Below are positions 20,194-30,348 of a stretch of 64,000 nucleotides of DNA, one piece after another. The notes under the pieces are model-generated. The model saw only the letters and a list, made by a program, of their open reading frames with translations, was not told the origin of the DNA and did not search any database. The stretch is from a virus, in the IMG/VR virus record IMGVR_UViG_3300008261_000042, one strand, 5' to 3'. How positions within the stretch are numbered: position 1 is the first letter of the stretch; the number at the start of each line of letters is the position of its first letter. Made by a program: the position numbers and the translations under genes.

Positions 20194-21024
20194 ATGGCAC
20201 AGCCATCTACAAGACAGGGACTAATTGATTATTGCAAAAGGCAATTAGGTGCTCCTGTGCTACAGATCAATATTGATGACGCTCAAGTTGGAGATGTCAT
20301 TGATGATGCTATTCAGTATTATCAGGAATGGCATTATGATGGTGTGGAAAGAATGTATCTCAAACATCAGGTAACAGCAGATGATGTTGCTAGATTTACT
20401 GCTTCTAATGAATTAAATAGCACAGCAGATCCTGATGCATCTACATGGGAGAATAGAAAAAACTTTATTGAAGTGCCAGATCATGTAATCGGTATTTCAA
20501 AAGTATTTGGTGTGTCATCTAATTGGGTTCGCAATGATTTGTTTGGTTTAAGCAACCAGTATTTCTTGATGGATGTATTTTCATTTTCATCTGGATTTGC
20601 TTTTGGTAATTTTGATATGACAAATTATTATATGATTCGTCAGTATTTTGAAACTCTTGATATGGTTGTCAATACTGGTGCATTAGTTGAGTATAGATTT
20701 AACAAAAGACAGGATCGTTTGTTTATTGATATTGATGTAAACAGATTGACAGAAGGAAATTATATTTTAATTGAATGTTATAGAGCATTGAATCCAGATG
20801 AATTTAATCAAATCTATAATGATAGTTTTGTGAAGAAGTATGCTACTGCTCTCATGAAGAGGCAGTGGGGACAGAACTTAATTAAGTATAATGCTGTCCA
20901 ACTTCCTGGTGGTATCACACTAAATGGAAGACAGATTTATGAAGATGCGTTGGCGGAACTTGCTCAATTAGAAGCTGATATGCCAACCAAGTATACACTC
21001 CCACCAATGGATATGATCGGATAA
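20194..21024 (+). CDS. gp13: neck protein gp13
   Basis: LIDYCKRQLGAPVLQINID...QWGQNLIKY...LPGGITLNG; T4-like gene order. Confidence 0.92.
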   Translation: MAQPSTRQGLIDYCKRQLGAPVLQINIDDAQVGDVIDDAIQYYQEWHYDGVERMYLKHQVTADDVARFTASNELNSTADPDASTWENRKNFIEVPDHVIGISKVFGVSSNWVRNDLFGLSNQYFLMDVFSFSSGFAFGNFDMTNYYMIRQYFETLDMVVNTGALVEYRFNKRQDRLFIDIDVNRLTEGNYILIECYRALNPDEFNQIYNDSFVKKYATALMKRQWGQNLIKYNAVQLPGGITLNGRQIYEDALAELAQLEADMPTKYTLPPMDMIG

Positions 21025-21025
21025 G

Positions 21026-21910
21026 ATGCCTACTAGTCCTTACTTTCCCCCATACTACGAAGGATATTCTGGCGAGCAAAATCTCGTACAGGATCTTGTT
21101 GACGAACAGATAAAACTGTTTGGATCGGATATCTATTATATCCCAAGAACTATTCTTAAAGATAATACATTAGATGATGTAATCTATTCTAAATTTGAAA
21201 GTCAATTTCAAGTTGAAATGCTTCTTTCTAATGTTGAAGGTTTTGGTGAGCAATCAGAATTTATTTCCAAATTTGGTATTCGCATTACCGACGAAGTTAA
21301 ATTTATTGTTTCTGCAAGAAGATGGGCAGAATCAGAAGAACAATATAATCCACCTTTAACTGTTGCTGGAAGACCGAATGAAGGAGATCTTTTATACTTT
21401 CCATTAACTACAGATATCTATGAAATTAAATTTGTAGAAAGAGAATCTCCTTTCTATCAGTTTGGCAAGATTCAGTTTATCATTATGACTGCAGAAATCT
21501 ATGAAATTGGTAACGATAAAATTAATACTGGTATTGAAGCAATTGATGAAATTGAACAACTATTCAGTTCTGCTATTGCACTCAATATGAAGGTTGGTGG
21601 TACTGGAAACTTTGATATTGGTGAAGTAGTTACTGGTAGTATATCAAATGAAACTGGAGAAGTCAAGTCTTGGAATCCAACAACAAGAGTTGTTCAGATT
21701 ATTAATCGCACAGGAACATTTGTCGAAAATGAAAGTTTAACAGGTGATGATAGCGGAGCAGTTTGGGTCGTAGATAATTTCTCTACGATTGAAAATACTA
21801 ATTCTGAATATGATCAAAATAAATATATTGAAGACACTGCAGATCCTCTTATTGATTGGGGTGAAGTAAACCCATTCGGGGAATATGGAAATATAGGAGA
21901 TAGCTTTTAA
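21026..21910 (+). CDS. gp14: neck protein gp14
   Basis: EQNLVQDLVDEQIKLFG...PNEGDLLYFP...FYQFGK...NPFG. Confidence 0.92.
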   Translation: MPTSPYFPPYYEGYSGEQNLVQDLVDEQIKLFGSDIYYIPRTILKDNTLDDVIYSKFESQFQVEMLLSNVEGFGEQSEFISKFGIRITDEVKFIVSARRWAESEEQYNPPLTVAGRPNEGDLLYFPLTTDIYEIKFVERESPFYQFGKIQFIIMTAEIYEIGNDKINTGIEAIDEIEQLFSSAIALNMKVGGTGNFDIGEVVTGSISNETGEVKSWNPTTRVVQIINRTGTFVENESLTGDDSGAVWVVDNFSTIENTNSEYDQNKYIEDTADPLIDWGEVNPFGEYGNIGDSF

Positions 21911-22713
21911 TGTTAGGACCACACTATTATAACGAGGCAATACGCAAAACTGTCGTTGCATTTGGAACACTATTCAATAATATCGAAATTCAAAAGCTAG
22001 ATCCACAAACAAAGGATGTTCTTGAAGTAGAAAAAGTTCCTCTTGGTTATGGACCAAAAAATAAATTTCTTACTCGTTTAGAACAGAACCCAGAAGTGGG
22101 AAGAAAGGTTGCTATTCAGTTGCCTCGTATATATTTCGAGATGACTGGTATTAATTACGATAACGCAAGAAAGACAAGTCCTATTCAAAAATATAGAACT
22201 GTTGTTGCAGATAATGGTAATGAAGTAAGAGTTCAATATGTTCCTGTTCCATATAACATGGATTTTGAACTTGGTATTATTGCTAAGTCCCAGGATGATG
22301 GTCTGCAAATTATTGAACAGATCTTACCATACTTTCAACCAAATTTTAACCTTACTCTTAATTTCATTCCAGACATGGATGAGAAGAGAGATGTTGCTGT
22401 AATTTTAAATAGTGTAGATTATGAAGATGATTGGGAAGATGATTTCATGCAACGCCGTAGTATTATTTGGACTTTGAATTTTACCGCTAAGTCATACATA
22501 TACGGTCCTTTCAATCAAGCTGGTATTATTCGCAAAGCTACAGTTTACGAATCAGTTGGTGATCTAAATCAAAGCAGAAGAAATGCTGCATATTCTTATA
22601 CACCAAAAGCACTTGAAGATATTAATGATGATGGTGTTATAGATAACTTAGATGATGCTCTGGTTATGCCAGATGATGATTTCGGATTTAATGAAGGTGT
22701 AGAGTTCTTTTAA
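21910..22713 (+). CDS. gp15: tail sheath stabiliser/completion protein gp15
   Basis: FGTLFNNI...VPLGYGPK...QIIEQILPYFQP. Confidence 0.92.
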   Translation: MLGPHYYNEAIRKTVVAFGTLFNNIEIQKLDPQTKDVLEVEKVPLGYGPKNKFLTRLEQNPEVGRKVAIQLPRIYFEMTGINYDNARKTSPIQKYRTVVADNGNEVRVQYVPVPYNMDFELGIIAKSQDDGLQIIEQILPYFQPNFNLTLNFIPDMDEKRDVAVILNSVDYEDDWEDDFMQRRSIIWTLNFTAKSYIYGPFNQAGIIRKATVYESVGDLNQSRRNAAYSYTPKALEDINDDGVIDNLDDALVMPDDDFGFNEGVEFF

Positions 22714-22719
22714 CAACAT

Positions 22720-23145
22720 ATGAATGAGTTTGAAAAAAGCATGGAACAAATTTTTGATATTGATATTACTGCAGAAGAAACTGAAGTAGTTGAGCAAAAG
22801 AAAGAGGATCCTAAATTGAAAGAGGATCCTCAAAAGGATTATGAATATACCAGGGGGGAACTCTATAGCCTCATCAGCAAGGGCCAGGAGGCTGTACAAG
22901 GTGCCTTAGAGGTCGCTCAGGAGTCAGGACACCCGAGAGCCTATGAAGTTGCTGTAGCGGCGATGAAACACGTTGCTGACATGACTGATAAGCTGATCGA
23001 TCTTCAGAAAAAGATGAAGGATCTCGACGCACCTGTAAAAGGTAAAGGACCAACAACTGTTAACAATACCATGTTTGTTGGTTCAACTGCTGATCTCCAA
23101 AAAATGATTAAGGAGATGGGCAAAAATATGCCAGAAGATAAATAA
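22720..23145 (+). CDS. gp16: terminase small subunit gp16
   Basis: DYEYTR...HPRAYEV...FVGSTADLQK. Confidence 0.92.
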   Translation: MNEFEKSMEQIFDIDITAEETEVVEQKKEDPKLKEDPQKDYEYTRGELYSLISKGQEAVQGALEVAQESGHPRAYEVAVAAMKHVADMTDKLIDLQKKMKDLDAPVKGKGPTTVNNTMFVGSTADLQKMIKEMGKNMPEDK

Positions 23146-23154
23146 AAATAAAAA

Positions 23155-23775
23155 ATGTCTTATATTAGACACGATATTAATAATAATCCAGTTTCTCCCC
23201 AACCAGGATCAAATACAGTAACTGTATTTGATAACTGTGAAGGATGGACTCCTATCACATATGAAGTTTGGAATGCTAATTATGTTGCTAGAAATTCTGA
23301 CAATACAGTAAGAACTCCTGGCACATATCAAGCTAGGAATTCTGACAATACAGTAAGAACCCCAGCAGCATATCAACGCCATGACATAAACAATGTTCCA
23401 GTTGATATTTGTCCGCAGATAGGTAGTGATGATCCAGCAAATGCTGCTGAACCAGATGCTACAGCATGGGTATTGATGGATGGTCCTTTCTACAACACTC
23501 CAGGTAATCCAGGTTCTGGATTTGTTGGTGGTCAAAGTTGGAGAAAGATGGCACCATCAGCACCAGTAAATGGTAAGACATCTTACATCTATGGTGATGA
23601 GACAGTGACTTGGACTGGATCAGAATGGCAGTATGCCAATCTATATACTGGTGTAATCGCATCTTCAACCAGTAATGTTGCATATCCATGGCTTGCTACA
23701 TGGAGTGGTAATTATACTGGAGCAAAGATTACATCAGCATATGTAAAAACAACTAATTACCCAGCGGTTCCATAA
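23155..23775 (+). CDS. hypothetical protein with short internal repeats
   Basis: 206 aa; late promoter ATAAATA at 23138-23144; ARNSDNTVRTP x2 and RHDINN x2. Confidence 0.7.
   Translation: MSYIRHDINNNPVSPQPGSNTVTVFDNCEGWTPITYEVWNANYVARNSDNTVRTPGTYQARNSDNTVRTPAAYQRHDINNVPVDICPQIGSDDPANAAEPDATAWVLMDGPFYNTPGNPGSGFVGGQSWRKMAPSAPVNGKTSYIYGDETVTWTGSEWQYANLYTGVIASSTSNVAYPWLATWSGNYTGAKITSAYVKTTNYPAVP
23287..23376 (+). repeat. 45-nt tandem repeat (2 copies)
   Basis: gctag(a/g)aattctgacaatacagtaagaac(t/c)cc at 23287 and 23332. Confidence 0.85.
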
Positions 23776-25166
23776 TGGCACAATATAGTAAGCATTACGA
23801 AGATTTCCTGCCACAGGAAAAAACAAACTTTGAAGTAGTAATGATTGCCGATAACTTCGGTAATCTAACTCCTGGCACTGGTGCTACTGCTGCCGATGCT
23901 TTTGGTCGTTTGAGAGTTGCTGAAACTTTTACTCTAGGTGACTACAAGCACCTTTATGCTATTGATCCAAACTTCATTGATAAAACTGCTAATGGTGGAA
24001 ACATAGTTTTCAATGCCAATAAAGCGTTGGGAACTTTAACTACTTCATCAGATCCTGCTGGTTATGCCATTCACCAAACAAAATTTTATCATCACTACCA
24101 ACCAGGAAAGTCACAATTAATCTTTAGCTCAATCAACTTTGGTTTTGCTCAACAGAATGTAACCAAGAGAACTGGATACTTTGATGACAGAGATGGCATC
24201 TACTTTGAGCAAGTTGGCAGCAATATTTCCACTGGCACCGATAAAGGAACTCTAAACTTTGTTATTCGCTCACACACTGGTGGCAGTGCTAGTGAAGCAA
24301 ATGTAGGTTCCTACAAAAGAAGAGTGCCACAATCGGAATGGAATATTGATCCTTGTGATGGAACTGGTCCTTCAAAGTTCAATCTTGATATTTCAAAAAC
24401 CCAGTTAGTTTATATTGATTTCCAGTGGTTAGGAGTTGGTAGAGTTCGTTGTGGTTTCGTTCATAACGGACAGATTGTTCTAGCACATGAATACTACCAT
24501 TCTAATGTGCTACCAGAAGTTTATATGTCTAACCCCAATCTTCCCGTAAGATGTGAGATTAGAAATACTGGCACCACAACTGGTGGAAGCATGGATCAAG
24601 TTTGTGCCACTGTAATGTCAGAAGGTGGATATGTAGAAAGTGGTATTGATTGGGCGGCTGAAAGTGGAGCTACCAGAGCTACTAAAACTCCTGGCGGAAC
24701 AAGATTTCCACTGATGGCAATTCGTTTGAAAAATACATTCAAAACATATCCAAATAGAATTTCAGTAAGACCAAACAGTTTAGGCATTTATGTCTCAAGT
24801 GGTGATTGTTACTATGAGTTAGTCAAACTATCCAATGCCAGTCAATTAACTACTTCACTAAATGGTGGAGTATTGACTTGGACTTCTGCTAACGATAACA
24901 GCGGCGTTGAGTATTGTGTAAATGCTGAAGCTATCACAGGAAATGTAGATGTCTTTTCTGTTGGTATTGTTCCTGCTGGTGCTTCACCAAACTCACTATC
25001 ACCAGTAGCATCTGGTTCTTTGACAACAGCAAAGAAAAATGTAATCACACAAAACTTTGATTCAAATGATTCTGAAGTTTTTGTGGTTGTTCTAAAAACA
25101 ATTTCTACAGCAGCGAATGCTACAGCCACTGCTGCTTGTTCTATCCAGTGGAGGGAGATTTACTAA
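23775..25166 (+). CDS. hypothetical (probably virion) protein, 463 aa
   Basis: DAFGRLRV...YQPGKSQL...DFQWLGVGRVRCGF beta-rich family seen in T4-like phages; TAATG coupling. Confidence 0.65.
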   Translation: MAQYSKHYEDFLPQEKTNFEVVMIADNFGNLTPGTGATAADAFGRLRVAETFTLGDYKHLYAIDPNFIDKTANGGNIVFNANKALGTLTTSSDPAGYAIHQTKFYHHYQPGKSQLIFSSINFGFAQQNVTKRTGYFDDRDGIYFEQVGSNISTGTDKGTLNFVIRSHTGGSASEANVGSYKRRVPQSEWNIDPCDGTGPSKFNLDISKTQLVYIDFQWLGVGRVRCGFVHNGQIVLAHEYYHSNVLPEVYMSNPNLPVRCEIRNTGTTTGGSMDQVCATVMSEGGYVESGIDWAAESGATRATKTPGGTRFPLMAIRLKNTFKTYPNRISVRPNSLGIYVSSGDCYYELVKLSNASQLTTSLNGGVLTWTSANDNSGVEYCVNAEAITGNVDVFSVGIVPAGASPNSLSPVASGSLTTAKKNVITQNFDSNDSEVFVVVLKTISTAANATATAACSIQWREIY

Positions 25167-25441
25167 TGAAAAGTTTTAAACAACTAAGACAAGAGCTTAA
25201 TGAAGCTGCTTGGACAAGAAAAGAAGGACAAAATAAAAATGGCGGTCTTAATGAAAAAGGTCGCAAATCTTACGAGAAACAAAATCCTGGAAGTGATCTA
25301 AAAGCACCGTCAAAGGATAAAGATAATCCTCGTAGAAAATCTTTTTGTGCCAGAATGAAAGGAATGCGTAAGAGACAAAAAGATAGCAACAACACTGGAG
25401 AAGATCGTCTATCTAAATCTCTTCGTGCTTGGAACTGTTAG
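25166..25441 (+). CDS. basic hypothetical protein, candidate internal head protein (true start probably ATG 25166)
   Basis: MKSFKQLRQELNE leader; GGLNEKGR...RRKSFCARMKG...SLRAWNC. Confidence 0.7.
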   Translation: MKSFKQLRQELNEAAWTRKEGQNKNGGLNEKGRKSYEKQNPGSDLKAPSKDKDNPRRKSFCARMKGMRKRQKDSNNTGEDRLSKSLRAWNC

Positions 25442-25519
25442 TAGTTTACATAACTTAAGTAACATATGTAACAGAATGAACATGTTACAATAAATAGTAT
25501 ACTGTTCATTTATTTACTT

Positions 25520-25756
25520 ATGGAAACCAGAACTTGTCCCAAGTGCAAAGCAACTTGGATTGATGGTCAGCATTACTGGACAGGAACAAATAAGAAAGGT
25601 AATGAGACCGAGTTGGCTTCACTTGTGTGCGACAAGTTTGGAGATGATACATGCATCAACCCATGCAAAGGAACTACTGACGGCAAAGGTTGGGAAAATA
25701 GGTTAAATAATATGGATGCTATTGATAAAGATATAAAGAGGACTTTGAATGAGTAG
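25520..25756 (+). CDS. small Cys-rich hypothetical protein
   Basis: CPKC...C...CINPC; late promoter ATAAATA at 25490-25496. Confidence 0.65.
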   Translation: METRTCPKCKATWIDGQHYWTGTNKKGNETELASLVCDKFGDDTCINPCKGTTDGKGWENRLNNMDAIDKDIKRTLNE

Positions 25757-27401
25757 TGGTGATCAGATTTATTTGGGGAATCCGCTTCTAAAAAAAGCCA
25801 ACGTTCCCCACGATTGGACTAAAGAAGAAATTCAAGAATACATTAAGTGCAAAGAAGATCCTGTTTACTTTGCACTTAATTATGTAAAAATTGTTCAGGT
25901 TGATGAAGGATTAATTCCTTTTAGGATGTATGACTTCCAGAAAGATCTTGTTAACAAATTTCATAACAATAGATTTAATATTGCAAAGCTACCAAGACAG
26001 ACAGGGAAATCAACCGTTGTGGTTTCTTACCTTCTTCACTATGCATTGTTTAATGATAGTGCAAACATTGGTATTCTAGCAAACAAAGCTTCTACTGCTC
26101 GTGACCTATTAGGAAGATTGCAAACAGCATACGAAAATCTTCCTAAGTGGTTGCAGCAAGGTGTGATTGCGTGGAACAAAGGATCAATGGAACTAGAGAA
26201 CGGTTCTAAGATTATGGCTGCTTCAACGTCAGCATCTGCTGTGCGAGGAATGTCATTCAACATCATCTTCTTGGACGAATTTGCTTTCGTTCCAAATCAC
26301 ATTGCAGATGACTTTTTCTCGTCTGTATATCCTACCATTTCATCTGGCCAAAAAACAAAAGTTATTATTATTTCTACCCCATATGGTATGAACCACTTCT
26401 ACAAGTTGTGGGTAGATGCACAGAATAAAAGAAACAATTATATTTGGACTGAAGTTCATTGGTCCGAAGTTCCTGGGCGTGATGCTAAGTGGAAAGAAGA
26501 AACGATCAAGAACACGTCCGAGCGTCAGTTCACTCAGGAATTTGAATGCGAATTTTTGGGATCGGTTGATACTCTTATTGCTGCTTCCAAATTAAGATCA
26601 CTTGTATTTGATACACCAATTAGCTCAAATAAAGGTTTGGATGTATACGAAAAGCCAAATGAAAAATCAGAATATATTATTACAGCTGACGTAAGTAGAG
26701 GTATTGGGGGAGATTATTCTGCTTTTATTGTATTTGATATTACTACACTTCCATATAAAATTGTAGCAAAGTATAGAAACAACGAGATAAAACCAATGCT
26801 TTTCCCTAATGTCATCAACGACGTTGCTAGGGCATATAACAATGCTTATGTCCTTTGTGAAGTAAACGACGTTGGAGATCAGGTAGCATCTATTCTCAAC
26901 TACGATTTAGAGTATCCAAATGTATTGATGTGTTCTATGAGAGGTAGAGCAGGTCAGATTGTTGGTCAAGGTTTCTCTGGAAACAAAACTCAACTTGGAG
27001 TCAAGATGAGTATCACTGTCAAGAAAGTTGGTTGCCAGAACCTCAAACAAATTATCGAAGATGATAAGTTATTGTTTAGAGATTATGATATCATCAATGA
27101 GCTTACCACTTTTATTCAGAAAAAGCAATCGTTTGAAGCGGACGAAGGTTATCATGATGACCTAGTAATGTGTCTAGTTATCTTTGCTTGGATGGCTGTT
27201 CAAGATTACTTCAAAGAAATGACAGACAATGATGTTCGTCAAAGAATCTATGAAGAACAAAAGAATCAGATTGAGCAGGACATGGCACCATTTGGTTTTA
27301 TTACTACTGGATTAGAAGGAGATGAAGGATTTGTTTCTGATGGAGCTGTGTGGTATGGAGATACACAAGAAGATGTTTCTTATATGTGGGATTACAGATA
27401 A
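25749..27401 (+). CDS. gp17: terminase large subunit gp17
   Basis: YLGNPLLK, PRQTGKST Walker A, FLDEFAF Walker B, HDDLVM nuclease motif. Confidence 0.97.
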   Translation: MSSGDQIYLGNPLLKKANVPHDWTKEEIQEYIKCKEDPVYFALNYVKIVQVDEGLIPFRMYDFQKDLVNKFHNNRFNIAKLPRQTGKSTVVVSYLLHYALFNDSANIGILANKASTARDLLGRLQTAYENLPKWLQQGVIAWNKGSMELENGSKIMAASTSASAVRGMSFNIIFLDEFAFVPNHIADDFFSSVYPTISSGQKTKVIIISTPYGMNHFYKLWVDAQNKRNNYIWTEVHWSEVPGRDAKWKEETIKNTSERQFTQEFECEFLGSVDTLIAASKLRSLVFDTPISSNKGLDVYEKPNEKSEYIITADVSRGIGGDYSAFIVFDITTLPYKIVAKYRNNEIKPMLFPNVINDVARAYNNAYVLCEVNDVGDQVASILNYDLEYPNVLMCSMRGRAGQIVGQGFSGNKTQLGVKMSITVKKVGCQNLKQIIEDDKLLFRDYDIINELTTFIQKKQSFEADEGYHDDLVMCLVIFAWMAVQDYFKEMTDNDVRQRIYEEQKNQIEQDMAPFGFITTGLEGDEGFVSDGAVWYGDTQEDVSYMWDYR

Positions 27402-27631
27402 TGGATGTTGAAGATCAGTTTTCTTTAGAACATTTGATCTTCAAAGATCGAAAGTGTAGAGTATGTGGAAAGGTAAAAAGTTTAATGGATGATTTTTATA
27501 TCACTCGGAAAGATCGAGGAACCATGTTTTCTGCTTATTCATATGAGTGTAAACAGTGTACCATAGAAAGAGTTAAAAAGTCAAGAACGCAAAAGTGTGG
27601 AAATGATAATTGGCAGTATCCAGATTGGTGA
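27401..27631 (+). CDS. small zinc-finger protein (true start probably ATG 27401)
   Basis: CRVC...YECKQC; TAATG overlap with gp17. Confidence 0.65.
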   Translation: MDVEDQFSLEHLIFKDRKCRVCGKVKSLMDDFYITRKDRGTMFSAYSYECKQCTIERVKKSRTQKCGNDNWQYPDW

Positions 27632-27670
27632 TGTTCACGCTACGTTTCCCCACTCAAAGAAGTCAAAATA

Positions 27671-27677
27671 ATAAATA
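27671..27677 (+). promoter_or_regulatory. late promoter for gp18
   Basis: ATAAATA followed by AGAGGAG RBS. Confidence 0.7.
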
Positions 27678-27714
27678 ATTTTAGATTACATGGATATCTA
27701 AAGAGGAGAAAAAC

Positions 27715-29652
27715 ATGGCAAGTCAAGTCTCGCCTGGAATTGTTTTAAAGGAGCGTGACCTAAGTAATGTCGTTGTTACTGGTGCTCTTCAAATTACTGC
27801 AGCGATTGCTTCATCGTTTGCAAAGGGACCAGTTGGTAAAGTTGTAAATATCAATACTCAAAAAGAACTTGTAGCTGTTTTTGGTGCTCCAGTTGATGCT
27901 AATGCAGACGACTGGCACGTTGCTTCTGAGTTTCTATCATACGGTGGTAGATTAGCAGTTGTTCGTGCAGATGCATCTGGTTTAAAAAATGCAGGTTCAA
28001 CACAAGGTGTACTTGTTAAGAGCGATGAAGATTGGCAAGCAGGTGCTGGCGGTTCAGAAGCATTCGTAGCAAGAACTGCTGGTACTTGGGGCAACTCAGC
28101 AACCGTAGTTGTTGTTGATAGAGGTGCTGATCAATATGTTACATTCAATGCTGCATTTGCTGTTGCACCTACAGTAGGTTCAACTTTAACTTTCGATAGC
28201 GCAAAAACTGGTAAAGTTTTATCAGTATCTGGCAATACTGTAGCAGTTGTTTTAACTGATCCATCAAGCCTTATTGCTGTTGGAGATGGTATTGAGGGGG
28301 CTGGTGCTGCTGGAGCAGATCTGAGCGTAACTGCAGTTCAAAACTGGTATTTAAATACTCAGATTGGTTCAACTGGTATCGCTCTTTCTTCAATCGGTCC
28401 TCGCCCAGGAACTTCAGAATTTGCTTCTTCTAGAGGTATTTCATATGATGAAGTTCACGTAGCAGTCATTGATACGACTGGTTCTATTTCTGGAACTGCA
28501 AATACTATTCTAGAAAGATTAACTTATCTTTCAAAACTATCTAATGCAACTGGCGCTCAAGGCGAAAAGATTTATTACAAGGATGTAATTAACGAGCAAT
28601 CAACTCAAATTTTCAATGGTGCTCATCCAACAGAAGTTATTGATGGTCTAAATTGGGGTCAAGCATCTACTGGATTAACTGGTCAATTAGGATTAGTTGG
28701 TCTTCACACCGATGCACTAACTGGTGGTGTTGATGATTATGTCTACACTGGCGCAGAAATTTCTGATGCTTATGATCAGTTTGGCGACACCGAAGAAACC
28801 GAAATTGATTTCGTTTTAATGGGTGGTCCAATGGCTCTAGAGTCAGATACAAAGATTAAGGCAAATAAAGTTGTTGCTATCGCAGCAGCAAGAAAAGATT
28901 GTGTTGCTTTCGTATCTCCACACAAAGGAAATCAAATCGGAACTGGTGGAGCATTAACTGCAATCCAGCAAAGAGACAATACAATTGCTTTCTTCAGCAC
29001 AATTACTTCTACTTCATACGCAGTATTTGATAGCGGTTACAAGTATTTCTATGATCGCTTTACTGATAAGTATCGCTGGTTAGCTTGCAACGGTGACGTT
29101 GCTGGTCTATGTGTTTCAACTTCAGCTGCACTTGATGATTGGTATTCACCTGCTGGTGTTAACAGAGGTTCATTGAGAAACGCTGTTAAGCTTGCATACA
29201 ATCCAAACAAAGCAGATAGAGATGAACTCTATCAAGCAAGAATCAACCCAATTGTTTCTTTCCCTGGTCAAGGTATCACTCTATTTGGTGATAAGACAGC
29301 TCTTGCTTCTCCTTCAGCATTTGATAGAATTAACGTTCGTCGTTTATTCCTCAACGTCGAGAAGAGAGCAGGTGAGCTTGCTAAGCAAGTTCTATTTGAA
29401 CAGAACGATGAAACCACAAGAGCTTCATTCTCAAGTGCATTAAATTCGTACTTAAACGAAGTTCAATCAAGAAGAGGAATTACCGACTTCTTAGTTGTAT
29501 GTGATGAATCAAATAATACTCCTGATGTAATTGATAGAAATGAGTTTGTTGCTGAACTCTATATTAAACCAACTCGCTCAATTAACTTCATTACCATTAC
29601 CTTCACCGCAACGAAGACAGGTGTTTCATTTAGTGAAGTTGTCGGACGATAA
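27715..29652 (+). CDS. gp18: tail sheath protein gp18
   Basis: SPGIVLKERD...WYSPAG...FDRINVRRLF...KPTRSINFI. Confidence 0.97.
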   Translation: MASQVSPGIVLKERDLSNVVVTGALQITAAIASSFAKGPVGKVVNINTQKELVAVFGAPVDANADDWHVASEFLSYGGRLAVVRADASGLKNAGSTQGVLVKSDEDWQAGAGGSEAFVARTAGTWGNSATVVVVDRGADQYVTFNAAFAVAPTVGSTLTFDSAKTGKVLSVSGNTVAVVLTDPSSLIAVGDGIEGAGAAGADLSVTAVQNWYLNTQIGSTGIALSSIGPRPGTSEFASSRGISYDEVHVAVIDTTGSISGTANTILERLTYLSKLSNATGAQGEKIYYKDVINEQSTQIFNGAHPTEVIDGLNWGQASTGLTGQLGLVGLHTDALTGGVDDYVYTGAEISDAYDQFGDTEETEIDFVLMGGPMALESDTKIKANKVVAIAAARKDCVAFVSPHKGNQIGTGGALTAIQQRDNTIAFFSTITSTSYAVFDSGYKYFYDRFTDKYRWLACNGDVAGLCVSTSAALDDWYSPAGVNRGSLRNAVKLAYNPNKADRDELYQARINPIVSFPGQGITLFGDKTALASPSAFDRINVRRLFLNVEKRAGELAKQVLFEQNDETTRASFSSALNSYLNEVQSRRGITDFLVVCDESNNTPDVIDRNEFVAELYIKPTRSINFITITFTATKTGVSFSEVVGR

Positions 29653-29689
29653 TTTTTCATAACAAACAAACACTAAGAGGTAACAACAA

Positions 29690-30313
29690 ATGGCACTATC
29701 AAGCAAAATTAGCGATTTTATTTCAAAGGTTGGTCAAGGCGTTAAGCCTAATATGTTCCAGGTGGAACTATTTTTCCCAGCAAGTGCAATCGGTGGATCT
29801 GGTGGAACTTCTGTTTCCACCACAGATCAAGAGTTAGCAAATCTTCTTTGCAAATCAGCTGCACTTCCTGCTTCTAACTTAGGAGTTATTGAAGTTCCTT
29901 TCCGTGGTCGTACAGTAAAGATTGCTGGCGACAGAACCTTCGATACATGGTCACCAACCTTTATCGTTGATAAGGATATGAGAACCCGTGCTCTATTTGA
30001 GCAGTGGATGGAATCTATCAATGGTCATGCTGGCAACACAGCAGATCTTCTTGTTCCAGACAATAGCTCTGGTTATACTGCTGATATTCTTGTTCACCAG
30101 TTAGAGAAAGGATCTGAGCCTGGAAATGCTGCTTATATCAGAACTTACAAACTCTGGTATGCATTCCCAACCAATGTTTCTCAGATTGATCTTGCTTATG
30201 ATAGCAATGATCAAATCGAAGAATTCTCGGTTGAGTTCCAGTATTCATACTGGACTACAGAAGATGGTTCTAATTCCCCAAGATCTGGTTTACCAGTTAA
30301 TGCTGACGTTTGA
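29690..30313 (+). CDS. gp19: tail tube protein gp19
   Basis: LPASNLGVIEVPFRGRTVKIAGDRTFDTW...IEEFSVEFQY. Confidence 0.95.
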   Translation: MALSSKISDFISKVGQGVKPNMFQVELFFPASAIGGSGGTSVSTTDQELANLLCKSAALPASNLGVIEVPFRGRTVKIAGDRTFDTWSPTFIVDKDMRTRALFEQWMESINGHAGNTADLLVPDNSSGYTADILVHQLEKGSEPGNAAYIRTYKLWYAFPTNVSQIDLAYDSNDQIEEFSVEFQYSYWTTEDGSNSPRSGLPVNADV

Positions 30314-30348
30314 TAAATAGTAGATAACGACTATTTTAAACTTTAATC

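Noticed and set aside
25441-25490. GTA-N8-AAC near-matches to the NtcA box and a TGTAACA/TGTTACA inverted repeat
   Set aside because: No exact GTA-N8-TAC; the region is AT-rich with 9-nt pseudo-periodicity and precedes a late promoter
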